DNA of 64,000 nucleotides. It comes from an uncultured Anaerolineales bacterium (GTDB lineage Bacteria; Chloroflexota; Anaerolineae; Anaerolineales; UBA11858). A program made the translations under genes and the position numbers. The stretch's first letter is position 1. Every line of letters starts with the position of its first letter. The notes under the pieces were generated by a model. That model was not told where the DNA came from. It ran no database searches and was given only the letters and a program-made list of their open reading frames with translations. The stretch lies in NCBI GenBank assembly GCA_964627755.1, contig CAZVIH010000076.1:23566-87565 (forward strand), given 5' to 3'. Below are positions 9,448 through 18,300 of this stretch, piece by piece.

Positions 9448-12051
9448 TCATTCTTCAGTTTGATCATCTTGATCAGCTAGATATTTTTTCTTCCAGTTGA
9501 ACAACAGATTTAATGCCTCCAGGGGACTGAGTTCATTCATATCCAGCTTCCGCAATTCACCTAACAGCGGATTGGTTTTGGGGAATAAGGCCATCTGTTG
9601 GGGACTCTCCATATCCTGGGTGACTGCTTTGCCAGAAGACTTCTCAAGCTGCTGCAAGATCTCTTCCGCGCGCTGAGTCACAGTTGACGGCATACCGGCG
9701 ATTTGGGCTACATGAATCCCGTAGGATTTATCTGCTCCTCCAGCAGCGATTTTATACAAGAAAACGACCTTGCCATCAATTTCGCTAACAGAAACCCGAT
9801 AATTCCTGATCCCGGGCAGCAGATCTGGCAATTCGGTCAATTCGTGGTAATGAGTTGCAAAAAGGGTTTTAGCTCTTTTTGCAGGATGGTTGTGAATATA
9901 TTCAATCACAGCCCAGGCGATGGAAACCCCGTCATAAGTGCTTGTACCTCGCCCTATCTCATCCAAAATCAATAAACTGCGTGAAGTTGCATGGTTAAGG
10001 ATATTGGCTGTCTCAACCATCTCAACCATGAAAGTAGATTGCCCGGCGTGGATCTCATCCTGGGCGCCGATCCGGGTAAATATGCGATCAATCAAACCGA
10101 TCTTCGCAGCCTCAGCCGGCACGTAGCTGCCCATTTGAGCCAATAATACGATTAAAGCGACCTGTCTCAGGAATGTTGATTTTCCTGACATATTAGGGCC
10201 GGTCAATATCCGAATCCGTTCTCCCATTTCGAATATTGTGTCATTGGGAACAAAACCAGTTCCACTCAGAGTTCGTTCAACAACCGGATGCCGTCCACCA
10301 GTGATCTCCAGCAAATCTTCTTCGACTACTTCCGGGCAGACATATCCCTGGCTTGCCGCAGTTTCAGCCAGTGAGGCCAGAACATCTAGATAAGCCAAGA
10401 CCCGGGCGGTTTTCAACATTCGGTCTACTTGGACAGTCAGCCGTTCACAAACCTCCAGGAATATGCTTCTTTCGATTTCTTTGATCTGGTCTTCAGCATT
10501 AAAGACTTTGATCTCATAGTCTTTTAGCTCTGGGGTGACGTATCTCTCAGCATTCACAAGGGTTTGTTTGCGAATATAATGTTCCGGGACAAGCTCTGAT
10601 TTAGCTCTGGTCACTTCGATATAATATCCAAATATTTTATTGTGGCTCACCTTCAGAGTTTCAATTCCGGTTTTTTTTCTCTCAACTGACTCCAGGTTGG
10701 CAATCCAATCCCGGGCATGTTTTGTGGAGGAAAGGGTTTGGTCCAGTTCTTCTGAATAACCTGTTTTTATAATGCCGATTTTTCCCAGCACTGCAGGCGG
10801 ATCTTCCTCAATCGCAGAATTGATCAATTCAAAAGCATCTGAGCAAAGGGAGAAATTGCCAAAGAGTTCTCCTAAATATGTACCAGCCTCAAATTCATCT
10901 GGCAATAAGGATCGCAGACCAGGAAGTTGGGCCAATGTTTCCCTAATGCCTACCAGGTCACGTGGTTGGGCAGTCCCACCGCTAACCCTGTTGGCTAATC
11001 TCTCCAGGTCCTGGAAGACCTTGAGTTTTTCTCTCAATTCCGCCCGAAGCAATCCATCATTATAAAATACGGTCACTCCTTGATGCCTTTTTCTGATATT
11101 CTTCACATCCAAGAGAGGTTTGCTGACCCATTGCCTAATCAATCGTTTTCCCATGGGTGTTACAGTTTGGTCGAGTATTCCCAAGAGGGATCCAGCCGCA
11201 GTCCCAGCCCGAATGGTCTCTGTCAACTCCAGGTTTCTGCGCGTTGCCGCATCCAGGGTCATGAACTCTTCCAAACTGTACTTAGTTAAACTGGTCAGTA
11301 ATTTCAGCGAATCTGCCCTGGTTTGGGCCAGATACTGGAGGATAGCCCCTGCTGCCCTGATAGCAGATGGAAAACCTCGCACGCCATATCCATCCAGCGT
11401 TTTTACCTTAAAATGGGTCTGCAGCACATCAATACAGCGTTGCTCTTCAAAACGCCAGGCAGGGAACGAAGTAAAATGAGTTTGTAGGCCCTCGCCATCG
11501 ATTTCCGTGTTTTCCGGTAATAAGGTTTCTGCTGGGTTTAATCGTAAGAGTTCTGACCGTATCAGATCTTCCAGATGGTTTTCCTGGATTTCTGTTACTG
11601 CGAATTCTCCAGTTGTGATATCAACATATGCGATCCCGGCTCGATTTTCATCATATACCAGGCTGACGAGATAATTATTTCCATCACCTGGAAGCAAACT
11701 TGATTCCAGGATCGTACCTGGCGTGATCACCCGGACAACTTCCCTGGGCATTAATCCATTAACTGGGACATCACCGATCTGTTCACAAATAGCAACGTGG
11801 TAACCCTTATCGATCAAACGTGATAAATAATTCTCTGCTGCATGATGGGGGATTCCAGCCAGGGGAACCCTGGTACCTTTGCCAACATTACGGGAAGTCA
11901 AAACAATATCCAGAACTCGCGACACTATTTCAGCGTCTTCATCAAAGGTTTCATAAAAATCCCCCAACCGAAAGAAAATGATTGTTCCAGGGTATTGTTT
12001 TTTAATATCCAGGTATTGCCTTCTTACTGGAGTATCTCGTTCTTTGGACAT
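9448..12051 (-). CDS. mutS: DNA mismatch repair protein MutS
   Basis: 867 aa. N-terminal TPVRRQYLDIKKQYPGTIIFFRLGDFYETF mismatch-binding block. Walker A GPNMSGKSTFLRQ. STFMVEM and DEIGRGTSTYDG motifs. Confidence 0.95.
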   Translation of the reverse strand: MSKERDTPVRRQYLDIKKQYPGTIIFFRLGDFYETFDEDAEIVSRVLDIVLTSRNVGKGTRVPLAGIPHHAAENYLSRLIDKGYHVAICEQIGDVPVNGLMPREVVRVITPGTILESSLLPGDGNNYLVSLVYDENRAGIAYVDITTGEFAVTEIQENHLEDLIRSELLRLNPAETLLPENTEIDGEGLQTHFTSFPAWRFEEQRCIDVLQTHFKVKTLDGYGVRGFPSAIRAAGAILQYLAQTRADSLKLLTSLTKYSLEEFMTLDAATRRNLELTETIRAGTAAGSLLGILDQTVTPMGKRLIRQWVSKPLLDVKNIRKRHQGVTVFYNDGLLRAELREKLKVFQDLERLANRVSGGTAQPRDLVGIRETLAQLPGLRSLLPDEFEAGTYLGELFGNFSLCSDAFELINSAIEEDPPAVLGKIGIIKTGYSEELDQTLSSTKHARDWIANLESVERKKTGIETLKVSHNKIFGYYIEVTRAKSELVPEHYIRKQTLVNAERYVTPELKDYEIKVFNAEDQIKEIERSIFLEVCERLTVQVDRMLKTARVLAYLDVLASLAETAASQGYVCPEVVEEDLLEITGGRHPVVERTLSGTGFVPNDTIFEMGERIRILTGPNMSGKSTFLRQVALIVLLAQMGSYVPAEAAKIGLIDRIFTRIGAQDEIHAGQSTFMVEMVETANILNHATSRSLLILDEIGRGTSTYDGVSIAWAVIEYIHNHPAKRAKTLFATHYHELTELPDLLPGIRNYRVSVSEIDGKVVFLYKIAAGGADKSYGIHVAQIAGMPSTVTQRAEEILQQLEKSSGKAVTQDMESPQQMALFPKTNPLLGELRKLDMNELSPLEALNLLFNWKKKYLADQDDQTEE

Positions 12052-12146
12052 GACCCAATTCTATATTGAGAGGGGGTAAATCACAAGGGATAAAGTCATC
12101 CATCGTTTGAACTCAAAATAAAAGATGAAAATTTAGATCAAAGAAC

Positions 12147-12176
12147 TTGTTTTTTTCAAGACACATGTTGTATAAT
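12147..12176 (+). promoter_or_regulatory. candidate sigma70-type promoter for the ABC ATPase gene
   Basis: TATAAT at 12171-12176, immediately preceded by TG. TTGTTT lies about 18 bp upstream. About 55 nt upstream of an AAAGGAG RBS. Confidence 0.4.
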
Positions 12177-12231
12177 AATTTCCGTATGTAAACCATCCGC
12201 CTAAATAACTTTTTAAAAGGAGAAGAGCTTC

Positions 12232-13332
12232 ATGGCTAGCGTTAAGTATGAACACGTATATAAGCGTTTTGACGATGTAGTTGCCGTCAACGACCTCACT
12301 CTTGAAGTTGAGGATAAGGAATTCCTGGTATTAGTTGGTCCTTCGGGCTGCGGGAAATCCACAGCGCTTAGGTTGCTAGCTGGCCTGGAAGAAATCTCTG
12401 AAGGAACCCTGATAATCGGTGACCGCGTTGTGAATGATGTCGCACCCAAAGACCGTGATATCGCGATGGTGTTCCAAAGTTATGCTCTCTACCCCCATAT
12501 GTCGGTTTATGACAACATGGCATTTGGATTAAAGCTGAGAGACTATCCCAAAGACCAGATCGCCGAACGAGTCAATAATGCAGCTGAGATATTGGGCATC
12601 ACAGCCCTACTGGAAAGAAAACCGCGCCAGCTCTCTGGTGGACAGCGTCAGCGTGTTGCCCTGGGTCGGGCTATTGTCCGTGATCCCCAGGTTTTCCTGC
12701 TCGACGAACCTCTTTCCAACCTGGATGCGAAACTTCGCGTTCAAACCCGAGCGGAAATTACCAAACTGCATAAACGATTGGAAACCACTTTCATTTATGT
12801 GACTCACGACCAAACGGAAGCCATGACCATGGCCAGCCGGATTGCTGTCATGAATCATGGTGTGTTAATGCAGATCGACTCCCCTCAAAACTTATACGAT
12901 AGCCCGAATAACCTCTTTGTGGCTGGATTCATCGGTTCTCCTGCCATGAACTTCTTTAATTCAGAGCTTGTCCAGGAAGGCGAGGATATTGTTGTTAAAA
13001 CTGAATCTTTTGCAGTAAAAGTACCACCAGCCCGCCGGGCTTCATTAAAGAATCATGTTGGTAAAACTGTTGTATTTGGACTGCGCCCCGAAGACATTCA
13101 CGATCCCAACTTCGCCCCTCCCGCAATTATTGCTCAAAACGTGGAGACCGTTGTTGACCTCACCGAATTGATGGGTAATGAGATCTTCCTGTTCTTAAAA
13201 AGTGGCGAGGATGAATATGTTGCCCGTGTTGACCCCCGCACAAGCTACAAGATGGGTGATAAGGTCACCATGGCCTTCAACATGAATAACATGCACATTT
13301 TTGACAAGGAAACTGAGCAGGTAGTCCGGTAA
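12232..13332 (+). CDS. sugar (CUT1-type) ABC transporter ATP-binding protein, MalK/MsiK/UgpC family; orphan, with no adjacent permease or SBP
   Basis: Walker A GPSGCGKST, signature LSGGQRQRVALGRA, Walker B FLLDEPLSNLD, plus a C-terminal TOBE-like regulatory domain. Confidence 0.9.
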   Translation: MASVKYEHVYKRFDDVVAVNDLTLEVEDKEFLVLVGPSGCGKSTALRLLAGLEEISEGTLIIGDRVVNDVAPKDRDIAMVFQSYALYPHMSVYDNMAFGLKLRDYPKDQIAERVNNAAEILGITALLERKPRQLSGGQRQRVALGRAIVRDPQVFLLDEPLSNLDAKLRVQTRAEITKLHKRLETTFIYVTHDQTEAMTMASRIAVMNHGVLMQIDSPQNLYDSPNNLFVAGFIGSPAMNFFNSELVQEGEDIVVKTESFAVKVPPARRASLKNHVGKTVVFGLRPEDIHDPNFAPPAIIAQNVETVVDLTELMGNEIFLFLKSGEDEYVARVDPRTSYKMGDKVTMAFNMNNMHIFDKETEQVVR

Positions 13333-13359
13333 GAGATATAGAAAACAAGTAAACCTAAC

Positions 13360-13394
13360 ATCTCCTCGCCGACTGCTTGCGAGGAGATGTTTTC
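13360..13394 (+). terminator. hairpin terminator after the ABC ATPase gene
   Basis: ATCTCCTCGC / GCGAGGAGAT stem (13360-13369 / 13379-13388) followed by GTTTTC. Confidence 0.55.
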
Positions 13395-13408
13395 ATGTAG
13401 GAGGAAAA

Positions 13409-14617
13409 ATGCCATATTCATATATAAAACCCTTATTGGAGGATAATGGATCCAAAATCATCTTATTGGTTTTGGACGGCCTGGGAGATATCGCCACATC
13501 ACCGGAAGGGAAAACTGCCCTCGAATTAGCCAATACACCTAATCTTGACAGATTGGCCAGAGAAGGCACCCTCGGCCAGACCATACCTATCCGCTATGGC
13601 ATCACACCTGGTTCGGGTCCAGCTCATCTGGCTTTATTTGGCTATGAACCGCTGGAATATGTGGTCGGTCGTGGTGCCTTATCCGCGTCTGGGGTCAATC
13701 TCCCTGTTAAGGTTGGTGATATCGCTGCCCGGGGAAACCTCTGCACTCTTGATAAGAATGGAAATGTCACCGATCGGCGGGCAGGCAGGATCTCACAGGA
13801 AGATGCAGCCCCAGTGATCGAAAAACTCAATCAAGTCCAAATACCGGGCGTTGATATAGAAGTCCGCCAGGTGAAGGAATACCGGTTTGTATTAGTAATG
13901 CGGGGGGAAGGTCTTGATCCCGCTCTGAATGACACAGATCCGCAAGAAGAGGGCGTTCCCCCCCTGAAAGTGGAGGCTCAAGAACCTAACGCCGAAAAAG
14001 CTGCCGGACTTGTGCAGCAATGGATAACTAAAGCTCATAAAACACTGGCAGATCAACCTATCGCCAATGGCTTTCTACTGCGGGGTTTTGCAACAGATCC
14101 CTGCCTGCCTTCCTACGAGGATGCCTATCAATTGCAGGCTGCCTGCATAGCCGAATACCCAATGTATAAGGGTGTGTCCAGATTGGTAGGAATGGATGTA
14201 ATCGAAGTAATTGGAGCAGGCGCTGAGGGAGAGTTTAAAACCGCCGAAAAACACTGGGATGAACAGGATTTCTTTTTCATCCACATTAAAAAGACAGACA
14301 GTTACGGGGAGGATGGCAATCTGGAAGGTAAAGCTAAAATCATCGAAGAGGTAGACCAGGCTCTCCCGATCCTGCTGGACCTCAAACCCGATGTCTTGAT
14401 AGTAACAGGCGATCATTCCACCCCCGCGTTGTTAAAGTCCCATTCCTGGCACCCGGTACCGTTTTTGATCTGGGCGCCGGAAACACATCGGACAGATTGG
14501 GAAACTGCCTTTAATGAGAAAAATTGCGCCCGAGGCGGGCTGGGAACATTCCCCGCTGTAGAAACCATGTCCCTGGCCCTGGCACATGCCAGGAGATTGC
14601 AGAAATTCGGCGCCTGA
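13409..14617 (+). CDS. apgM: cofactor-independent phosphoglycerate mutase, archaeal-type (ApgM)
   Basis: KIILLVLDGLGD, TPNLDRLAREGTLG, GSGPAHLALFGYEP and TGDHSTP metalloenzyme-superfamily blocks. Confidence 0.85.
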   Translation: MPYSYIKPLLEDNGSKIILLVLDGLGDIATSPEGKTALELANTPNLDRLAREGTLGQTIPIRYGITPGSGPAHLALFGYEPLEYVVGRGALSASGVNLPVKVGDIAARGNLCTLDKNGNVTDRRAGRISQEDAAPVIEKLNQVQIPGVDIEVRQVKEYRFVLVMRGEGLDPALNDTDPQEEGVPPLKVEAQEPNAEKAAGLVQQWITKAHKTLADQPIANGFLLRGFATDPCLPSYEDAYQLQAACIAEYPMYKGVSRLVGMDVIEVIGAGAEGEFKTAEKHWDEQDFFFIHIKKTDSYGEDGNLEGKAKIIEEVDQALPILLDLKPDVLIVTGDHSTPALLKSHSWHPVPFLIWAPETHRTDWETAFNEKNCARGGLGTFPAVETMSLALAHARRLQKFGA

Positions 14618-14635
14618 TTCTTGACCCTACCTCAA

Positions 14636-14670
14636 TAAAAAAGCAGCGCCATGGGGCGCTGCTTTTTTTT
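14636..14670. terminator. bidirectional intrinsic terminator between convergent genes
   Basis: AAAAAA-AGCAGCGCC-ATGG-GGCGCTGCT-TTTTTTTT. Perfect 9-bp GC-rich stem with an A-run on one side and a T-run on the other. Confidence 0.75.
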
Positions 14671-14687
14671 AGTTAACCTTAATTGTC

Positions 14688-15374
14688 TTATCCCTCTCCA
14701 TCGTTATCACGAGCCATTTTTATTCTGGACGGCAAGATCCAACCCAGCAGAACTCCCCCCGCCAAAGTCAGGATCCCAAATACCAGGAAAATATCCTGCC
14801 AGAATTGAACTGGGAAAAGCCGGATCAGAGAATCTGAATAAAAAAACAACCAGCTATCACCTTCAAAAAATAGCAAATGAAAATTGGTGAATAAAGCCTG
14901 GAAACTGATCAACGTCAAAAACAGAATCATGACCACTAACCCTGCTGTTATTTTTCCCCCCAGGTAAATCGATTTTAAATAAATCTCCTGCCAATTTTTC
15001 ACACTGGCGATCAAACCGCCAAGAACAAATACTGCTCCCGCCCCGTAAAACACCTTGAGGACTCCCTGAAGCACGATCTTCACATCCTCCAGATGAGATA
15101 ATTCACGTTCGATATAGATAGGATCTCCGTTTTCAAAAACCAACAGCTGAAGATCTTCAAGAGTGTCATTGCTGATCAAATAGCGCCGGGTCTGATTACC
15201 AAAATCCAGCCGCTCCGCTGTGGTAAAGCCGTAACTATCATCGGGAAAACCAGGGCGGCGGTATTCCAGGTTTGTGAATATCGGACTCAGCAATACCAGG
15301 ATCGATAAAACGCTGATAATTAGCGGAATTGTCAGTGTAATCAGGACACTGAAACCTTTTCTTAATATAATCAT
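14688..15374 (-). CDS. integral membrane protein, DUF1461/TIGR01906-like
   Basis: N-terminal TM, then LEYRRPGFPDDSYGFTTAERLDFGNQTRRYL, then three further TM segments. Overlaps the upstream gene by 4 nt. Confidence 0.55.
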   Translation of the reverse strand: MIILRKGFSVLITLTIPLIISVLSILVLLSPIFTNLEYRRPGFPDDSYGFTTAERLDFGNQTRRYLISNDTLEDLQLLVFENGDPIYIERELSHLEDVKIVLQGVLKVFYGAGAVFVLGGLIASVKNWQEIYLKSIYLGGKITAGLVVMILFLTLISFQALFTNFHLLFFEGDSWLFFYSDSLIRLFPVQFWQDIFLVFGILTLAGGVLLGWILPSRIKMARDNDGEG

Positions 15375-16933
15375 TGGTTATCTACTCCCAGCAAAGCCGG
15401 ATCTGCAAAAATATTGCTTAATACCATTCGATTGGTTATCTGCTCAATCGGAGCTTTATCATCAGTAAAGACCATGCCGCCAGAAGGCAGAGGTCGTTTA
15501 TTCTCCAGGGCTATTTGGATAGATTGGAGCAGAATTGGATGAGTTTCTTCTTCTGCCGCTAAAATTTTGAAATTCTGTTCCAGATTTTCCCAATTGGTGA
15601 GTTGAACGGTCGCGTAAATAATCGAATTATAGGTTCCCGGCACATCCATTACATGCACCGATCGAAAAACCGTTTGAATAGTAGCTACTAAACCGGACAA
15701 TAATTTCTCGTCCTCAGGAACCCGTCCGACATTTAATACCAGGGCTCCATTTGAATCCAGGTGATTAAAAACTTCCTCAAAGAATTCACTTGTTGTCAAA
15801 TGCCAAGGAATATAAGGTGGTCGATAAGCATCAATACTGATCAGCGAATATTTTTCCTCTGAATGGGACAATCCCCAGCGGCCATCTTGAGCGATAGCAT
15901 TCAGGTTTGGTTCTGTCAGGGCAAAAAAGGTCTCTCCTACCTTGAGAATTTCACGATCGATTTCATAACCGTCAATGGGAATGGGGCCAAATGCGGCTGT
16001 GGCCTGTCTGGCTGAGGTACCCGCTGCCAGACCGATAATGGCCATATCCTCCACATCATGCGGTGTAAATGGCGGGGCGTTGAAAAATGGAGCCGGCAGG
16101 ACTTGCATCCAGGTCCCCCAATAGGCCAGGTGTTCAGGATGGTAAATGGAATGGATACCCTGGCCTTCATTTAACCGTAAATAACGGTAACCTTCCTGTT
16201 CCAATACCTGGATGTAGTTATAGGAGGATTCTTTCTCATAGATCTGGGAAGTGTGAGTTTTCACCGGACCACGGCCCCACAATAAAGCCAAAACAAGGAT
16301 CAAAACAGGCATCCAGATCCATTTCAGTACACATCGCCAACCTTCAGCGAGGAATAATCCAACAAGCGCAATCACAAGAAGGACCAGGGAAAAGACCACA
16401 AAGGTCAATCTGGTTCCCAGCCAGGGGATTAATAACAAATCAGGTGTAAATGTTCCCAGAAATGACCCCAAAGTTGAAATGGCATAGATCCTGCCGGCTG
16501 TCTTTCCTGCATCTTTAGAATCAGTCAAAACCAGGCGAATAGCAAAAGGTGAAACGGTCCCTAGTAAAGTGATAGGGATTACCAATAACACCAAAACAGC
16601 ACTGAATGCGCCTAACAGTACTCCTACCTGAAGCTGGTCAAATGCTTCTGCTGCTGCATATAAAACAGGTCTGGCGATAAAGGGAATGATCCCGGCGCTA
16701 AATGCACCCCAGACAAGGATCGTATAGAAGGTTTTATAATTGGGATTTTTATCAGCCCATCTTCCCCCCAGGCTGTAACCGGCAGTCAGATAAATCAGGA
16801 TCAACCCGATAATTGCAGCCCAGACCAGATTGCTGGTCCCAAAAACGCTGCCCAGCAAGCGTGATGCGGCAAATTCTATGCCCAGGGTAGTCATACCAGA
16901 AATAAATACCGTCAGGTATAAATAACGTTTCAT
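15371..16933 (-). CDS. fused polytopic membrane domain / spermidine-synthase-like aminopropyltransferase
   Basis: About 230 aa of TM helices, followed by a class-I methyltransferase-like fold (IIGLAAGTSARQ...DGYEIDREILKV...ISIDAYRPPYIPWHLTTSEFF). Confidence 0.75.
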   Translation of the reverse strand: MKRYLYLTVFISGMTTLGIEFAASRLLGSVFGTSNLVWAAIIGLILIYLTAGYSLGGRWADKNPNYKTFYTILVWGAFSAGIIPFIARPVLYAAAEAFDQLQVGVLLGAFSAVLVLLVIPITLLGTVSPFAIRLVLTDSKDAGKTAGRIYAISTLGSFLGTFTPDLLLIPWLGTRLTFVVFSLVLLVIALVGLFLAEGWRCVLKWIWMPVLILVLALLWGRGPVKTHTSQIYEKESSYNYIQVLEQEGYRYLRLNEGQGIHSIYHPEHLAYWGTWMQVLPAPFFNAPPFTPHDVEDMAIIGLAAGTSARQATAAFGPIPIDGYEIDREILKVGETFFALTEPNLNAIAQDGRWGLSHSEEKYSLISIDAYRPPYIPWHLTTSEFFEEVFNHLDSNGALVLNVGRVPEDEKLLSGLVATIQTVFRSVHVMDVPGTYNSIIYATVQLTNWENLEQNFKILAAEEETHPILLQSIQIALENKRPLPSGGMVFTDDKAPIEQITNRMVLSNIFADPALLGVDNQ

Positions 16934-16953
16934 AAATTTTAACCAGATGTGTT

Positions 16954-17568
16954 TTACTCAGCGCCCAGCAGGAAGTTAATGGCAATAGCTGCCAGGCCGG
17001 CCAGCAGGGTCTTGAACCCATAACCGATTAAACCCTTCTCAGACACTTTCCCGAGGAACATACCCAGGGCAAATAAGCTTAGTAGAGCTAATCCACCAGC
17101 TAAGGCATAACTCAGGACTGGGTTTTGGATCAAGGATCCGAAGAACAGCGGAGTCAAAACGATCATCGCTGCCAGGGCTGGAGCAACTCCATCAACAATA
17201 GACACCACAATCGCCGCAAAGCGTGATGCTCTGCCGATCGATGTTTCACTCTGGTCGATCAAAGAAATCTTTTCTAAGTCCGCTAGTTCCCGTTCCCTTT
17301 CAGCTGTTTCTGTTAAATAAGCACCCCACAAACCGGAAATTCCCATAGCTATGGATGTAGCAATTCCGGTCCTAATTGGAACGGATAAATCGCGCACTCC
17401 AGCCAGATAATTTCCTGCCAGGACACCGATAGTTGTTAGAACGCCATCAAAGGCATTCATGGCGAAATAACGTCTGGCAATTTCTGCAATTCCGGCGATC
17501 TGGTTATAGTTTTGGATTTCTTCCAGAAATTCAGCTATGGATTTCCAACGTAAACGGTTGTTATTCAT
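16954..17568 (-). CDS. VIT1/CCC1-family (TIGR00267-like) membrane protein
   Basis: ARRYFAMNAFDGVLTTIGVLAGN block, an acidic ERERELADLEK loop and C-terminal TM helices. Confidence 0.6.
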   Translation of the reverse strand: MNNNRLRWKSIAEFLEEIQNYNQIAGIAEIARRYFAMNAFDGVLTTIGVLAGNYLAGVRDLSVPIRTGIATSIAMGISGLWGAYLTETAERERELADLEKISLIDQSETSIGRASRFAAIVVSIVDGVAPALAAMIVLTPLFFGSLIQNPVLSYALAGGLALLSLFALGMFLGKVSEKGLIGYGFKTLLAGLAAIAINFLLGAE

Positions 17569-17858
17569 TAACGGTCTTGATGGGTTTCAACTTCTTCAAC
17601 TGTTCTCTTTCCAGCAGCTACCTCATCAATCGAATGAACAGCTCCCCCGTTCTCGACGATCAGGTCATGCAGTTCCTGATAGGATAGCTGTTCTCCCTCA
17701 ACTGTAATTTTCGCATTCTCTACATGATGATCAATTTCGTAAATCGTGATGTTCACACCTTCCACACCACTGAGGGTGGAAATTTTCCGCACCAAATCAA
17801 CAATATTGGGTTCCAAGGGTTTCAATACATCCAGTACAATTCGCCTTAAGTTGCCCAT
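17568..17858 (-). CDS. DUF211-family small protein
   Basis: 96 aa. RRIVLDVLKPLEPNIVDLVRKISTLSGVEGVNITIYEIDHHVENAKITVEG. Its stop overlaps the VIT gene start. Confidence 0.6.
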   Translation of the reverse strand: MGNLRRIVLDVLKPLEPNIVDLVRKISTLSGVEGVNITIYEIDHHVENAKITVEGEQLSYQELHDLIVENGGAVHSIDEVAAGKRTVEEVETHQDR

Positions 17859-18242
17859 TTCTTTCTTTATCCTCCACGGTAGTGGTTAATTTCTAATCAC
17901 CGGAAAGGTTCTATGCAGTGTTATCCGGATCAGTAAACCGTACAAATTCTACCATATCCAGGGAAAATCAATCTCATTCTGATGTGAGGAGGAACCCTCA
18001 GAAACTTCCGAAAAATAACGCCTGACTTAATTCTTGGTACTAGCCCATGCTCCAACAATCCTGTATAATATCTGGAATGAACAAGATTAATTCCAGGTAT
18101 TATTATCAAAATATTTCAACACCGGCCGCTGCTTTGCAGGCGGCTGCCGTAATCGGCTGCGCAGCCGCCTCAGATACATCATCAGAGCCGGGCAGCACAA
18201 TGCTGGATTGATATGCTTGTGATAAAACGATTCAAGATCTTG

Positions 18243-18275
18243 CCCGGACAGTAACAGCGTCCGGGTTTTGATTTT
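18243..18275 (+). terminator. intrinsic-terminator-like hairpin inside the alaS 5' leader (candidate attenuator)
   Basis: CCCGGAC-AGTAACAGC-GTCCGGG followed by TTTTGATTTT. It ends about 25 nt before the alaS ATG. Confidence 0.5.
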
Positions 18276-18300
18276 ATAAAAAGTGATTGAAGGGATAAAT

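Noticed and set aside
17859-18300. Canonical T-box riboswitch upstream of alaS
   Set aside because: I could not find the conserved T-box core (GGGTGGTACCGCG-like) or an obvious specifier-loop/AGAGA arrangement. It is reported only as an unclassified attenuator-like leader.
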